Assembly (NCBI RefSeq): GCF_000143415.4
Contig: NW_003314316.1
Coordinates: 124,001 to 188,000 of the forward strand
Length of the DNA: 64,000 bases
Source: Selaginella moellendorffii
Lineage: Eukaryota; Plantae; Lycopodiophyta
Direction: 5' to 3'
The first letter of the stretch is position 1; each line of letters opens with the position of its first letter. The notes below the pieces were generated by a model. The model did not search any database. It was not told the DNA's origin and saw only the letters and a program-made list of their open reading frames with translations. Of this stretch, positions 12,423 to 25,734 are shown piece by piece. The position numbers and the translations under genes are program-made.

Positions 12423-13962
12423 CCCGTGGATTGTCCATTCTGTGGAGAGCGCATGTAGAGAGGAATCTTCTTTTTCTCAAGTAGGATATGCTTTTAGGGG
12501 TAGGATGTAGGACCTTTTTGTTTTTGAAAGAGGCATATTCGATGTTTATCAGACCCGCGCGCCGAGCGGCTAGAATGCATCGATCTCTCCTGCCCTGACT
12601 TGGAGCGCCTGGCGCAACAGCTCAGGAAGGTAACATCGGTCGGTTTCCGATTTTCGCGTGTGGAAATCTCGTGATTTAGGCCTGCCTGGAGACGGGATTC
12701 TTCTATGTTGTGAACCACGGGATAAGCGAGGAGTTTATGGCAGAGGTGTTTGAGCAGAGCCGGAAATTTTTCACGCTTCCCTTGGAGGAGAAGATGGTCC
12801 ACCACGATGAGAATTTCCGGGGCTACACCCCGATCTTTGACGAGAAACTGGATCCGGCAAAGCAGCCCCTTGGTACAAACTTTTGTGTTGTGTGATGCTC
12901 ATCGTGTTTTTCATGTCGAGAACAGGGGATGCGAAGGAAGGATATTATATTGGACGCAAAGTTTCAGAAAGTGACAGCGAAGGATCCTTTGCAAGGACCG
13001 AATCAATGGCCATCTCCTGGTTTGATTTTCTTCTGGTCCTTCTTCTAAACATTACTGTGTTTGTTTTTCTCCAAACTTTGCCAGATACACTCCCAGAATG
13101 GAAGCATCGGACAATCGGTTTTTAGTATTATAGATTACTTACATTTTCGGTTTGCCAATCCTTGTGAGTGACTTTATATCTTCCTAAAAGATGGTCGCCA
13201 CTCTTGACAGGAGGGAATCTATCACAAAGCAAGAAAACTTAGAAATACCACCAGGAGAAAGATATCTACATACTTTGATGGATTCAGTTCGCTGCAACAA
13301 GTTGGAATGTACTCCACAATGCAGTCAAAATTTGGCCCCATGAAGAAAGCAATCTGTCGAAAGTAATCCATCACGATTCTAAACACGTCACGCATTTTGC
13401 TCATCGGGTAGCGTTAGTTGAGCACCCAGTGCAATGTTGACCTTGATAGAGAATGGGAACCAATGTCAGAGTCTCAAACAATCTCAATATTTCTACCTGA
13501 AAAGGTTGTTTGTCCAGCTCTCTAGCATATCTCCCAAGTTGACTACAAATGCCCTGCTCATCAATCCATACGTAAGTGAACTTCATATTTAGTCCTCAAA
13601 GCCACCCTTTCAGTGGCTGGACATTAGTCCAGATTTGCTCCTTTGGATCCTTCATCTTGCACATCTACCATTTCCAAGTGCAGATCATAATTTTTATTAT
13701 TAGAACACATACACCTACCTGGAGACCAGGAATGCCACCGCTGGCAAGAAGTGTGAGCATTCCATAGTCACTGTGCACACCAGCACCAAACAATCCCTCT
13801 TCCGGATTGGAAGCTTGAGCTGTATTGAGGACAAAGGAAAAAACTTCCAAACAATTTCAATTAACTTACCTGGATAGAACCAATGCCATGGGGCTTTTTG
13901 GATCAAGAAGAGAAAAAGAGAAACTTACTCAGCCTAGTCAAATACATTTTCATTGTTTGTTC
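12423..13962. pseudogene. Dioxygenase copy 3: 5' half on + strand (to about 13106), 3' half inverted (about 13116-13962); start codon lost
   Basis: ORFs 12710-13125 (+) match exons 2-4; ORFs 13222-13850 (-) match exons 6-10. There are deletions in exons 1, 2, 3 and 5. Confidence 0.88.
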
Positions 13963-14999
13963 ATTATTTCATTGGCATTGAACCATGATCTACTTCTTGT
14001 GAGTTTTTCTCTTCCGTGCGAATGAAAAGGATTAAGACTCTCCTGTTTGGAAGTCCCACTCGTACAGCTAGCGTGAGAAGTCTCTAGTGCAAGGAACTCC
14101 CAAAAATCCTCTTTAGCAGATGGCCTGATTACTCGTGCTCTATTTTCAGTACCTTAAGGAGAATGACGATGAAAAGTGCACTAAGAGGCCTCTTTCATCT
14201 CGAAACTCTTCATTGGTTTAACCACTGTTGTAGGTTGGAATGGTGAACATGAAGTTTGTAAAAGCCATGAAGAAGGTATGCCACTACATTGCATTAGTTC
14301 TAATTTTGCAAATGTTAAAACAAGGAGTGCTGGTTATCAATGTTTTTGGATTACAAATCCATGAGAGATGGATATAAATAACTAAAGAAAGCAACTTTCC
14401 ATAAATGTTCAAATATAGAAGGAAAATAATGCATTTTATTTTTCAATTTGTTTAAAGTTTTAGGATATTTAGGGTTAAGCTTAAATAATATTGGGTAGAA
14501 GTTAATTTATATGTGATTCTAATTTATTGAGGGAAGGTTCTATGATTTTTAGCTAGCTTAGCTTTGTTTCTTTCTCATTCTTATATGTCAATAAAAGTTT
14601 GGTTGTGCTCAGGTGAGGATTTTTAATCATGGAAAGTCATAATTCTACTTCATGGAAAAGGATCTCTAAGGAGTGATTAAGAAAGACTTTAATCCAGGTG
14701 ACAGTAATGCAGATAAAAAAAAAGAGTGGGGTGGTTCTAGAACAAGGTAGAACATATTTACGGATGCTTAATATATATGATTTTAATTTTAGGAGTATGA
14801 ATATGCTTTATTTAAGGATATATTATATTTTATATAGCTTCTAATCAATAGAAATCAAAATTATACCATTTATTTCGATACTATACACTTTATCTTTCCC
14901 CTTAATCTAATTGAAAAAAATGTAAGAGGTTATTTTATTCCCAGATATACCCTAAAGTTCTAATGATAATATACTTAAATTTCATCTTATAATCACAAT

Positions 15000-15520
15000 G
15001 AGCAAGAAACTGAGCAACAAGAAATTCATCTGCAACATTTGTGAAAAGCCAAGACATTAAGCAAGAGATGAGGAGGCTAAGAGAGTGCAGGAGGTAAGAA
15101 GAGCTGAGACACAAAGAGCAGCTAGCAGAAGAAGGTCGACCAACCTTACTAGTATGGCAAAGGTGAAGATGATTGGGACGACTATGGCAGCTTGTTCATG
15201 GCCACAAAAATCTAGAAGTAAGCCACTAACTTCCAAGACAAGGCAGGAATAAAGGTTGTGTGGCTTGATTTAGGGGCAAACAAGCACATGACACACTTTG
15301 AAGAGTTTTTCACAACCCTCAATCCCAAAAAATAGAAGGATTTTCCTAGGGGATGATTACTTGCACAAGGTGGAGGGAGCTGGCATGATGGACATCAAAA
15401 CTCATACACATGTTTACTATGTTTCTGGTTAACAAGACATTATTTTCAGTAGGGAAACTAGCAAATTGTGACTTAGACATCACTTTCAAGAAGTAGATGT
15501 GCATGATTGCAGACTCAGTA
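15000..15520 (+). mobile_element. Decayed Copia gag/protease remnant; related pieces at about 6790-6995 and 12280-12420
   Basis: Translates to VVWLDLGANKHMTH..FLGDD..VEGAG..VYYV, the Copia protease region. Confidence 0.5.
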
Positions 15521-15521
15521 G

Positions 15522-16020
15522 GGTTTCAGATGTTTGTTGATAAAAACGACGGCTTGGACTCGCTCTTTACAGCACGGAGCTTCCAGTCGACCGGTCACGG
15601 AGCCAGACGTTGTCCCGGAGACACAAAACGTGCAAGAAACTTTGACGGGTTCTCAAGAAGAAAACAGCGAGCCGAAGAAGCTCGCAGGCCCAAACTCCTC
15701 CAGTCATTCAGCAGGATCCTTCTCCAGTGATGATCATCACTCCAGAGGGAAAGCTTGTGGGCACAGCGCCAAAAGCAGCGAGCAAACTCCGGCTCCAATG
15801 CGCACTACTTTCACTCCGGCTCCAACTCTGGCTACTCCTTTGGCTCCGATTTCTCTCATGGAGAGAATGCCAACGTTGAGTGGTAAGAAGAAGCATAGGT
15901 AAATATCTTCTCGCTCTCACCTTTTTTATATTGTGCTCTCTCTGGTTTTTTCCTTGGAAATTTTTTGGCTGGTTCTTTGGATTGTCCATTCTGTGGTAGA
16001 ACCTATTCCTACCAGACTGA
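15522..16020 (+). pseudogene. Another duplicated 3' fragment of the acidic-protein gene
   Basis: Matches 3656-4260 with deletions and frameshifts. Confidence 0.8.
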
Positions 16021-16124
16021 AGCTTGTAGTAGGGAGGATATGCTTTTAGGGGTAGGTCTTTTGTTTTTGAAAGAGGTATATTCGATGTTTATGCTTTAAG
16101 GGTTTTGTCTAGGGAATTGGAGAG

Positions 16125-17649
16125 ATGGGAGAGGCGGGCGCCGAGCGGCTAGAATGCATCGATCTCTCCTGCCCGGACGTGGAGCGCCTGGCGCAACAGC
16201 TCAGGAAGGTAACGGTCGATCGATCGGTCTGTTTTAGATTTTCGCGTGTGGAAATCTCGTGATTTAGGCCTGGAGACAGGGTTCTTCTATGTTGTGAACC
16301 ACGGGATAAGCGAGGAGTTCATGGCACAGGTGTTTGAGCAGAGCCGGAAATTCTTCACGCTTCCCTTGGAGGAGAAGATGAAGGTCTACCAGGATGAGAA
16401 CTTCCGGGGCTACACCCCGATCTTTGACGAGAAGCTGGATCCGGCAAAGCAACGCCTTGGTAAAAACTTTGTGTTGTGTGATGCTCATCGTCTTTTTCAT
16501 GTCGAGAACAGGGGATGCGAAGGAAGGATATTATATTGGACGCGAAGTTTCAGGGAGTGATCCCAGAGCAAAGGATCCTTTGCAAGGACCAAATCAATGG
16601 CCATCTCCTGGTTTGATTTTCTTTTGGTCCTTCTTCTAAACGTTACTGTGTTTGTTTTTCTCCAAACTTTGCCAGATACACTCCCAGAATGGAAGCAAAC
16701 AATGAAAATGTATTTCGACCAGGCCGAGTACGTATATTTCTCCTTTTCTCTTCTTGATCCAAAAAGAGACTTTGGCTTGCAGAAAGCTCTCGCGGAAACT
16801 AATCAAGCTTATTGCGCGAGCATTGGAACTAGAAGAATCGTTTTTCGACAAGCCTGGGATGTTTGACCACCCCATGGCAGTGGTTCGTTTGCTTCACTAT
16901 CCAGGTAAGTTGCTTGAGGTCTTTGCTTTTCTTTTGCTAGTTGTTTCCTTCCCCCGATACAGCTCAAGCTTCCAATCCAGAAGAGGGATTGTTTGGTGCT
17001 GGTGCGCACAGTGACTATGGCATGCTCACACTTCTCGCCAGTGATGGTGTTCCTGGTCTCCAGGTAGGTGTACGTGTCATAAAAAACTTTGACCAGCGCT
17101 TGGAAACAATAGATTTGCAAGGAGAAAGATGCAAAGGAACAAGTATGGACTAATGTCCAGCCACTGAGAGGGTGAGTCGAGGAGTAACTAATGTTCACTT
17201 ACGTATGGATTTGATGAGCAGGGCATTTGTAGTCAACTTGGGAGATATGCTAGAGCGGTGGACAAATAACCTTTTCAGGTAAAAACATTGCGATTGTTTT
17301 AGACTTTGATGGTCATATTGTCTATCAAGGTCAACATTGCACCGGGTGCTTAATTATGGGGTCGAGTGCCACTCGGTGAGCAAAATGCGTGAAGTCGTTA
17401 GAATCGTGATGGATTTCGATTTCTTTTGACAGATTGCTTTCTTCATGGAGCCAAATTTTGACTGCATTGTAGAGTGCATTCCAACTTGTTGTAGCGAGCT
17501 GAATCCACCAAAGTACGTAGCCAGCTTTCTCCTGGTGGTATTTCTAAGTTTGTTTGCTTTGTGATAGATTACCTCCTGTCAAGAGTGGCGACCATCTCTT
17601 AGGAAGATATAAAGTCACTCACAAGGATTATGAAGCTGTGGCAAAGTGA
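16125..17649 (+). pseudogene. 2OG/Fe(II) dioxygenase copy 4, more diverged and probably non-functional
   Basis: Full exon set, but a 4-bp deletion at the start of exon 2 (gcctggag vs gcctgcctggag), RYS changed to CHS, and an earlier TGA at 17647-17649. Confidence 0.75.
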
Positions 17650-17670
17650 AAATGTAAGTAATGGGAGGAT

Positions 17671-19790
17671 TGTTAGGCACTGAGTTAGGATAATAAGATA
17701 AGAAAAAGCCTTACAATTAAGTGCTTGAAAGAGAAAGTCCAAAACATGAAACAATTCCCGGAGGAAAAGGACAAGCATGCTCTTTGAAGAATTGACACCA
17801 AGAGGTTCTATTATGAACCTCAAGCAACACTTCTTATTTTTGACACGATCAAAAAATGATTCAACAACATAAAGAAGAAGAAGAAGAAGAAGAAGAAGCA
17901 GTAGAACAAAAGAAGAAGACTGAAGTATAAATAGGAAGAAACAATACAAGAAAATTAAGCATGGAAAATCAGTAGCGACTAAGACAAACAACGAGTTCCA
18001 TACCTCTTTTGTTCATCCTTGTTGAGAGGATAAGATGATGTAGTAGGTGGTTATGCCTACATGGCAGATATTTACAGCAGTTGTATCTATAGAAATACAA
18101 GTTTTCCTTGCGCGTCACTCCCTTTGTTTTCATGGTATCAGAGCTTTGACTTTATTGGGATGACGGTCACTTGAAATTCCAACGGCTATTCAGACGGTAT
18201 GACTGTAGAAATATCCAGATCGGATCTACAAATATTTATATGGTGAAACTACAAAGTGGTGTTAGGGAGAAAATCCATAACTGCCTCAGAGTTTAACATG
18301 GTATTGGAGCCCAGGCAAACAGTGCTTGGGGGAACTGATGGGGAAGCCTTGGCGAGAGCAAGCAGATCTTGATCGCTCACAAGCCACTCTCCAATATGTG
18401 AATGATTGATTACAAAAGAGGACGTAGGAATATTGACATTGAGCAATCAAACACTCCATCGTCCAGCAAGGTTGGCCAGTAGTTGAGCCCTTGCAGCCAT
18501 GATGACAAGCAAAGCCCTTCCAATCCAGGTGTTTAGTGGGACTGACTTCGATGAAATGAGGATGACTCCCATGTGCAGTGTTAGACAAAGGCAAATGTCA
18601 CGAGTCTAAATTAACGCAGGCCTCAAAAGCTGACCGAAGGGAAGGTCAAGGAGATAGTAGTCTAGCCACAAGCAGTTTCTAGAAGGCTTGTGGTAGGGAC
18701 AACATTGGTGGCAGTTCAAAGGTCACAAGTAAGAAGGGCATGTGCAACTATTGCAAGCGGATAGGACATTATGCAAGAGATTGCAGGGACAAAGCTGCAG
18801 ACAAGCCAAGAGGAGTGGGCAAGAAGAATGACCAAGCGAGAGCACTAGTTGTCTGAGCTCCACATGATAGTGAGGATTCGTGTAATCTCGCTCGATTCTG
18901 GGGCCACGATGTACATGAGCCACATTCAAGAAGCCTTTATGACATACATTCCAGAATGGCTTGTTCGCACTTGATGTGAAAAACTTCTTCTAGTAATTGG
19001 TGTCGGCACAGTGGAGGTCCAGAAACCAGGAGATCCTAAGCAAGAGCTCATCTACATGTACTATGCACCAGGGCTGGACACCACTCAAACAATTCGAGTT
19101 TGAGATTTATTTTTGATTCAGATATGTGCATCATGTGCTTGATCCTTGAGGGATCTCTCCTAGAGGGCAAGGTCCAAACAAGAAAGTAGGCCCCCTTGCT
19201 CCTCGATAGTGTAGGACGAAAGCCATCGTAGCATATGGTGTTTGATATAAGTTGCTGTACAAGCTTGATGCAGAGGTCGTTGTGCCAACTATAGCTCAAG
19301 CCTTGGTGCCAGGAAACATGCAACTTTGGCATGAGAGACTGGGACACCTCCACGATGGAGCTGTCAAGACAATTGTTGGCTTGCAACAAGAAACACACGG
19401 ACTCACAAGAAATCTCAAGTTTTGTGAGGCATACACTCTCAACAAGAAGACCAGGACGCCATTCCCACAACAATCAGAAAGTTGAAGTACCTGAATGGAT
19501 GAGCTGCCAATGTGGAAAAGAAACATTCATTTGCTATCTCAAGAAAGCACTCTATAAGCTGTGGCAATCTCCTTTACAGATTGTGGCAATCTCCTAAAGC
19601 ATGGTATGACCACGTGGACAGGTTTCTCCAACACCTTAGCTTCATCAAAATTTAAGCAAATGGCAACAAAATGGCAACATCTACATGTTCTCCCCAAAAA
19701 GCAGTTTTGCTATACTTGCTCTTTATATGTGGACGACAATTCAATGACTGTTACCAAGATAAACTTTGTTATGGATAGTATATAAAGGAA
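17671..19790 (+). mobile_element. Degenerate Ty1/Copia retrotransposon fragment
   Basis: LTR-like end ...TTTCA at 18132 followed by tRNA-iMet PBS TGGTATCAGAGC (18133-18144). Also CNYCKRIGHYARDC knuckle (~18743), LDSGATMYM protease (~18891), LWHERLGH..FCEA pre-integrase (19252-19485) and CYLKKALYKLWQSP RT piece. The left boundary is uncertain. Confidence 0.8.
17873..17898 (+). repeat. (GAA)n microsatellite
   Basis: Direct observation. Confidence 0.9.
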
Positions 19791-20849
19791 GTGGACTCAA
19801 GTTATTTTTCCTTATTTCTTGCTCTTTCTCATCTTTGGCTATGGCTGTTTTTAAATATCAATCGTTTCTCTTTTACGTATATTGACTCTTGATTGGTTAG
19901 TCAACATCGTGCCATGAATCTTCAAAACCCCAATCACATGAAAATTTCCCTTCTTTCCTAGTTTCTTGGACAGATTCCCTCTCTCCTCGCTTCCCCTCTT
20001 ATGTGTGAAGTGTCATTTGGCTCTTCTTGCACTGCCGTTTGGCTCCATTGAGAAAATTCCCTCTTCTTGTGCCCTGTCGGGGAAATGGCCTGGGAAGTGC
20101 GTGTGAGATCCTTGTCACCCCCATGGTGGTCCCCTGAACAAACTCAGATGCTCCAATACATTCTTGGTTCTTTGCAGTCGTGGGATGAAGCCGGCAGCTA
20201 CAGTACCGGAAGGATCTCCATCTCCAATTGATGCTTTCAAGGAGCCGATCGACATTCCTCCGCTTCCTCTAGAAGAGCTTCTAAGCAGGTTCATGGAGGT
20301 AAGCATCTCGCACCAGCAGGAGCTTAAGGATGCCATCAACACGATGAAGGCATCCAAGAGGATGGAATGGCTTTCATCTAGGAGATCCAGAAGAACTAGA
20401 AGGGCGGGTGGATGGAGCTCAAGGGAACATCTTTGATGCAAGTGCTGACCCAAGGACTCCCGGCCGACAAGCCTTGATGGAACAAGAGTCAGTGGCATCC
20501 TAGGGTTTTGGTCCTCAAGATCAGTCCCTTTCCTTGATCCATACGGTTTTCACTTTGGGAACATTGACAAGGGAGATGGATTGGGCATGGGAAATGGACT
20601 GCTGACCGGAGGATCTTTGTTCCCAAGGCAGTCCATGCCTTCTGGGGGTTTGTCAGCATGTTCACAAGGTTAACATTCCAACATTTTCATTTCCTCCACT
20701 GCATTTCCAATGAGCACTAGTCAAGAGGAAGCACATTCTCTCAATAGAACCCCCCAATATTCAACATCATCACTGACTAAGACTCACACTTTTGTAATAA
20801 GGTGGTTAAAACTTTAATAAGGAAGCTATAGACTAAATAATGATAATTA

Positions 20850-23800
20850 ATATCATATTATCCATAAATTAAATGGGTTGATAGAGAGATTAAATGATGT
20901 ATTAGGCAACATTTTAAAAAAGCTAACTGTTAAAAAGAAGAGAGATTGGGACAAATGGCTATTGTTGGCATTATAGGATTACAAAACCATATATAAAGTA
21001 GTAATAAACTTCACTCCTTTTTAGCTAGTTTATGGGATATAAACTATGCTTCTAATTGAGTTGGAAATCCCAACTCTACAATTAACACTGAAGTATAGAC
21101 TAAGTAATAATGAAGACTTGTAGTTGAGGTTAATTCAATTTGAAAGGATGGATGAGAATCAATGTCAAGCTTTTCAATAGATAAAAGTAATTCAGCAGTA
21201 AAGAAAACATAAATTTAATAAAAAATCTATAAAGGTGGTTATAAAATATGATAGTAGAATTGACAAAACATTTATAAAAAGTTTCTTCCACAAGGGGATA
21301 GCCTGTATCAAATTGTTGAAATCTACAATAATGGATCATATTTGCTAACAAATCTTGATGAAGAAAAATATGATACCTAAATGAATTGATATAAGCTGAA
21401 AATATTTCATGTTCGATTATGAGACAACATTACCATTGGGTTGCAAACAACTTGCATGGCTGTAAGCTATGTGGTTTGTTTGGGTGGAATTATGTGACAA
21501 GAAAATCTTCAGCAAAAAATGCCATATTCAAAGTTGACACTTCATTTGACCACCAGATCCTTCAAAGTGACTTAAGCTGAGTTTAGCACTTTAGAGCCAC
21601 ATTCTTACTGTAGACTAGAGTTCTCCACCTTGTGCCACACAACTGTGGTCTAGGTTTTCTCACGAGGCCATGCACTTCCACCTCAAGTTTTCACACCATC
21701 CCTCATTAATAATGCATGGAGAACAAACTTGCTTTAGTGGTGTATTAGGCCTCCTTTAGGACTCCCTACAGCCTCCTGAACTTGCTCCAACAAAGATGGA
21801 GTGGTCCCAACTTACACTTGACAACACGGCATCTCAAGGAGTGGTGGATATTGCTCTTAAAATTCATGTAAAAGTTGCACTTTCTTCTCCAACTTGTAAG
21901 TGGTGTCATCACTATTCTACAACTTTGGTACTAGGCCAAGATCACACACTTGCATGGAGATAACACACTAAAACACTTGTCTAAGTTTGCTTTCATTTTT
22001 CACAATAATCAAGTGTTTTTTGCAGATCACTTAAGCTATCTATACTTGCTACACAAAGATGACTTCCATCATAATATGATGCCTCCTTGTTGGTACTTTT
22101 CATGCTTTAAGCCAAGTACTTGACTTCACATGTATATGCTATTTTCCTTTACTGAACTAAAGGGAACTAATACCTCTATTTCCGCATTGAATTTATCAAT
22201 TTATATGAGGCAACTAATCATCCACTTGTATTGCAGTCCTATGGTGGATATTTTCATTCGTGGATGCCTTATAAGACGAAAGATGCACTCATGGATGCCC
22301 AATACATATGATTTCAATTTTAGGAGTAGAAATATATCTTGCTTAAGGGTATATTATATTTTAAGTAGCCACTAATAAATAAAAATCAAACCCATGCCAT
22401 TTGCTCTAATACCACATATAACACACTCTATCTTTCTTCCCTTAAGCCAACTGGAAAAGGGTAATTTTTTAATGAGAGAGCCTTTAGTGGCTATTTTATC
22501 CTTATTTATCCCCAAGGTTTCAAAGATCCATGGTGACAGTATATTTAAAGCTCATCTCATACCCACATGTGCTCTAGATGCTCCTAAAAAACTATATTTC
22601 TTGATTTTTTTTTATATTTTCTTGGCTTCCAGCTTTCATATCATACCTAGACTTCAAGAGTCACTACTACTAGCATGTTAGGCCAATATGGATAGAGTTG
22701 CCAACACATATAGGTTTTGGTAAAGGGATCAATAGAGACTTTCTAAAGGATTAGAAGGGAAATCCAAAGAAGCTAATTGGAATAAACCATGCACTATCAC
22801 TAAATATGTGCTCAAGAACACACCCACTGCTAAAGATTGCACCAAACATAGTCTAGAATGAGATCTAATCAAGCCAACTCACCATGAAGAGAGTTATCAA
22901 TGAAGTAAAGGCTAGGTTATTGAGAATTCTTATAGAAAAAAGATTGATGAAGAGCAATAGTTTATAATTAGTGTCAAAAGTATCAGCAATAAAGAACCCC
23001 ACATTACCACCTTCAACCAAAAAAGAGCATTCATCCTTGACTCTTCACTCTACTTCTTAAGAACTTGTCAACATACTTGCAATAGTGACCAAGTGAAGGG
23101 CAAGGCATGTTATGATTGATTAGGCATTTACATTTCCTTGTTTGCTTTTGTATATGCTTTAGAGTTCCAGCCTTGGTCTCTATGCAAGCATGACTTGCAG
23201 CATGTTATGTTCTAACTTGCATCCATGCATGTGACTTTGATGATCCTTGGCTAAAGTATGAAAAAGTATTATAAGGAGTGCATATTAGAGATCTTAGGTT
23301 TACACGTCTGGGACAAATGTGGCCAGATGGAGGTTGCTATATATCCCATAGTATATATATAAGTATATTCCTAGAGTTGTCAAAGATGAGTGGAGAGCAC
23401 ATGTAAAGAGTTCTTTTGGTATCAATCACAATTTCCTCACACCATTCACTTTGTCAGGAGTTCTTTGTCACTTGAAAGCCTGCATTATCCAGGTTGTGAC
23501 AAAAAATGATACACAAATACTTGTGGAATCACTAGATTCCCAAATTGTGTCAAAAGAAAAGGAGATTATTGACAAGGACAACATGATTAATCATTGCCTT
23601 GACAAAGGCTATAAAGTCTCAAGATTCTTCTCTAACTTTATATCCATGCAAAACTTATATATAATGCCTCCAAGTACTTTCATGAAGCTTGGGGTATTTG
23701 GTTTTTCTTGAGGCAAAGGGAAGCTATGTCTTGAGTGAGTGATAGAAACATAAGCATGCCATGTTTGAGGAGGTGATCTTGAGCTCATAGATCCCCCTCT

Positions 23801-24200
23801 CACTACATGATTTGCTGTATTCCTTGGTGGAGGAGACATCATTGTGAATTGCTAAAGAACAGTGTATTGTTACCCCACAAGTGGCAGCTTGAGTGAGGTA
23901 GAAATTTCCATTGCCTCCTAAAATTATAATAATGTTACCTTCCTTTTGTAAATTTAAGCAGTGACTTCAAGAAGAATATCAACAACTTTTTTCCCTCTTG
24001 CTTACTGATATATAGTGTCAACAATATCATCTAGAGCAAAAAGAGCCCATGAATGTCTTGATGTCCTGTTTACTACAAGTAAACTCTCCTCTAGACACAT
24101 AATAATTAGGATATATAAGTCAGCTCTTCACTAGATAGCTTTCTTTCTGCCATATAGCTCAACATTCTAATGGCTTAGGATGCATCAGTATCTTAAAAAG
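20850..24200. mobile_element. Mosaic of heavily decayed LTR-retrotransposon remnants
   Basis: Gypsy integrase-like DWDKWLLLAL*DYKTIYKV..FTPF*LVYG at about 20945-21035 (+); minus-strand PBS-like TGGTATTAGAGC at 22403-22414. Boundaries are approximate. Confidence 0.45.
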
Positions 24201-24822
24201 AACAATTCTATCTCTCTATAATATTAAGTTAATAACTAATGTATTCAATCACCATACACAATTCTGTCAAATTTTTGTTGTAGATTGTAAATATCTAAAC
24301 TTAGAATAAGAAAAAATAATTTATTGTGCTGTGGAGAAATGCTTGGTTTACTTTGAATTTTATTGTTCTTTTTAGGGAGCAATTTTTAAATTTCTAGGCC
24401 AGATTTAATTAGTGTTTAAGACAGTTTATAATTTTATATGTAAAAAATCAATCTAGATGTATATCAACTATCAGATAATAAAATATTAAAGAATGACATA
24501 TTTGATATCTATTATGGTATTACTATTCTAGGTTAACATAACCAAACAATAATTAAGCTTTAAATAAAAGTAACGATAGTTTTGGCATATTATATATGTT
24601 AAGATAGAAGTAAAAGAAATTAAATAACTATATTTATAAATAAAATAATTATTTAAGATAAAATAAAAACTAAAAAATGGGATACCTATTTATCTATATT
24701 CAGAAGAATTTATTGAATTTTAGAAAATAGTTTTATTTAAAAACTGATCAAAGTTTTTTACTAGCTAGTTTTTTGAAAAACTAAAAGCAAAGGAAAGTTT
24801 AACAATCTTATATTATTTAGCT

Positions 24823-25734
24823 TTATATAGAACATAAAGTATGATATCCTGTGTTTGATGACCATAATAATTTATTAGGAAATTTAAATGAATAAAGGAC
24901 TAAATTGCAGTTGTTTTGAAGACTTAAAAAAGTATCTATAAAGCAAATTGATTGAATTTTACAATATAAATTAATAGACCATTCTACACTATTTAATGAT
25001 GAATATAAAACTAAATTTCCATCATTTTGAAGTTTGAGCATACAAATTTGTAAATAATTTTTACCAGTTTTTGTTTCCCAAATCATTTTACTTCTAGAAT
25101 AAAGAACAAGATTACAATTTGATTCTAATATAAGGATATTTTTTTTATTTGAAGATAATATAAACTGGCCAGAATATAGATGATTATGTGACATTCCATT
25201 AGTAAGAGTAGTTAAAGAATCATCACAATCAATTGAAAAGCCTGTATGTTTAAGCTTTAATTTTTCTTTAAATATAAATTTATTAAATAGTTCATCATGT
25301 TTTATTATAAAGTATGATAAAGAATAATTTTTTCGTATAATTTTATATGAGTCACAAAAATCAGATAAAAAATCAGCAATATAATCATCTAAAATGCTTG
25401 AAAATCCTGTTGCCATAGTTCTTGATGATATTATTTCAGGTAATTTACCACTTGTTTCACAATATTTATTTAAGTGATCAAAAAGATTAAATCTTGCTAG
25501 TCTTATGGTAGCTCTTCCATTTATAATTTGAAAACTTGTAGAATCAGACCAAATTGGAGGAAAATTTCCACCATTTCTGATATTTGAAATCATTTCTTCA
25601 AATTTTGTAATTATTTTTCTCATATCTTCATAATTTATTTCATTTTCTTTACCTTTCTCAATATTAGCTGAATAGAAAGAACTTATAAAGTTTAAAATAA
25701 AAATAAATAAAAAGCAGATTAAATTTTGTGCCAT
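24823..25734 (-). CDS. Secreted protein: signal peptide + about 130-aa unknown (possibly NTF2/SnoaL-like) domain + C-terminal bulb-type (GNA) mannose-binding lectin domain
   Basis: Intact intronless 303-aa ORF with a hydrophobic N-terminus and three GNA subdomain motifs (LESNCNLVLY, LQNDGNLVLY, LQNNCNLVLY), followed by IWETKT, WS and LWSSNT. Confidence 0.85.
   Translation of the reverse strand: MAQNLICFLFIFILNFISSFYSANIEKGKENEINYEDMRKIITKFEEMISNIRNGGNFPPIWSDSTSFQIINGRATIRLARFNLFDHLNKYCETSGKLPEIISSRTMATGFSSILDDYIADFLSDFCDSYKIIRKNYSLSYFIIKHDELFNKFIFKEKLKLKHTGFSIDCDDSLTTLTNGMSHNHLYSGQFILSSNKKNILILESNCNLVLYSRSKMIWETKTGKNYLQICMLKLQNDGNLVLYSSLNSVEWSINLYCKIQSICFIDTFLSLQNNCNLVLYSFKFPNKLLWSSNTGYHTLCSI

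Noticed and set aside
17599-17991. Hydrophobic poly-Leu 130-aa minus-strand ORF
   Set aside because: Arises from a (GAA)n/purine-rich LTR-like sequence read on the opposite strand.
20115-20498. Moderately GC-rich overlapping ORFs
   Set aside because: No assignable domain or gene structure; probably a transposon fragment.
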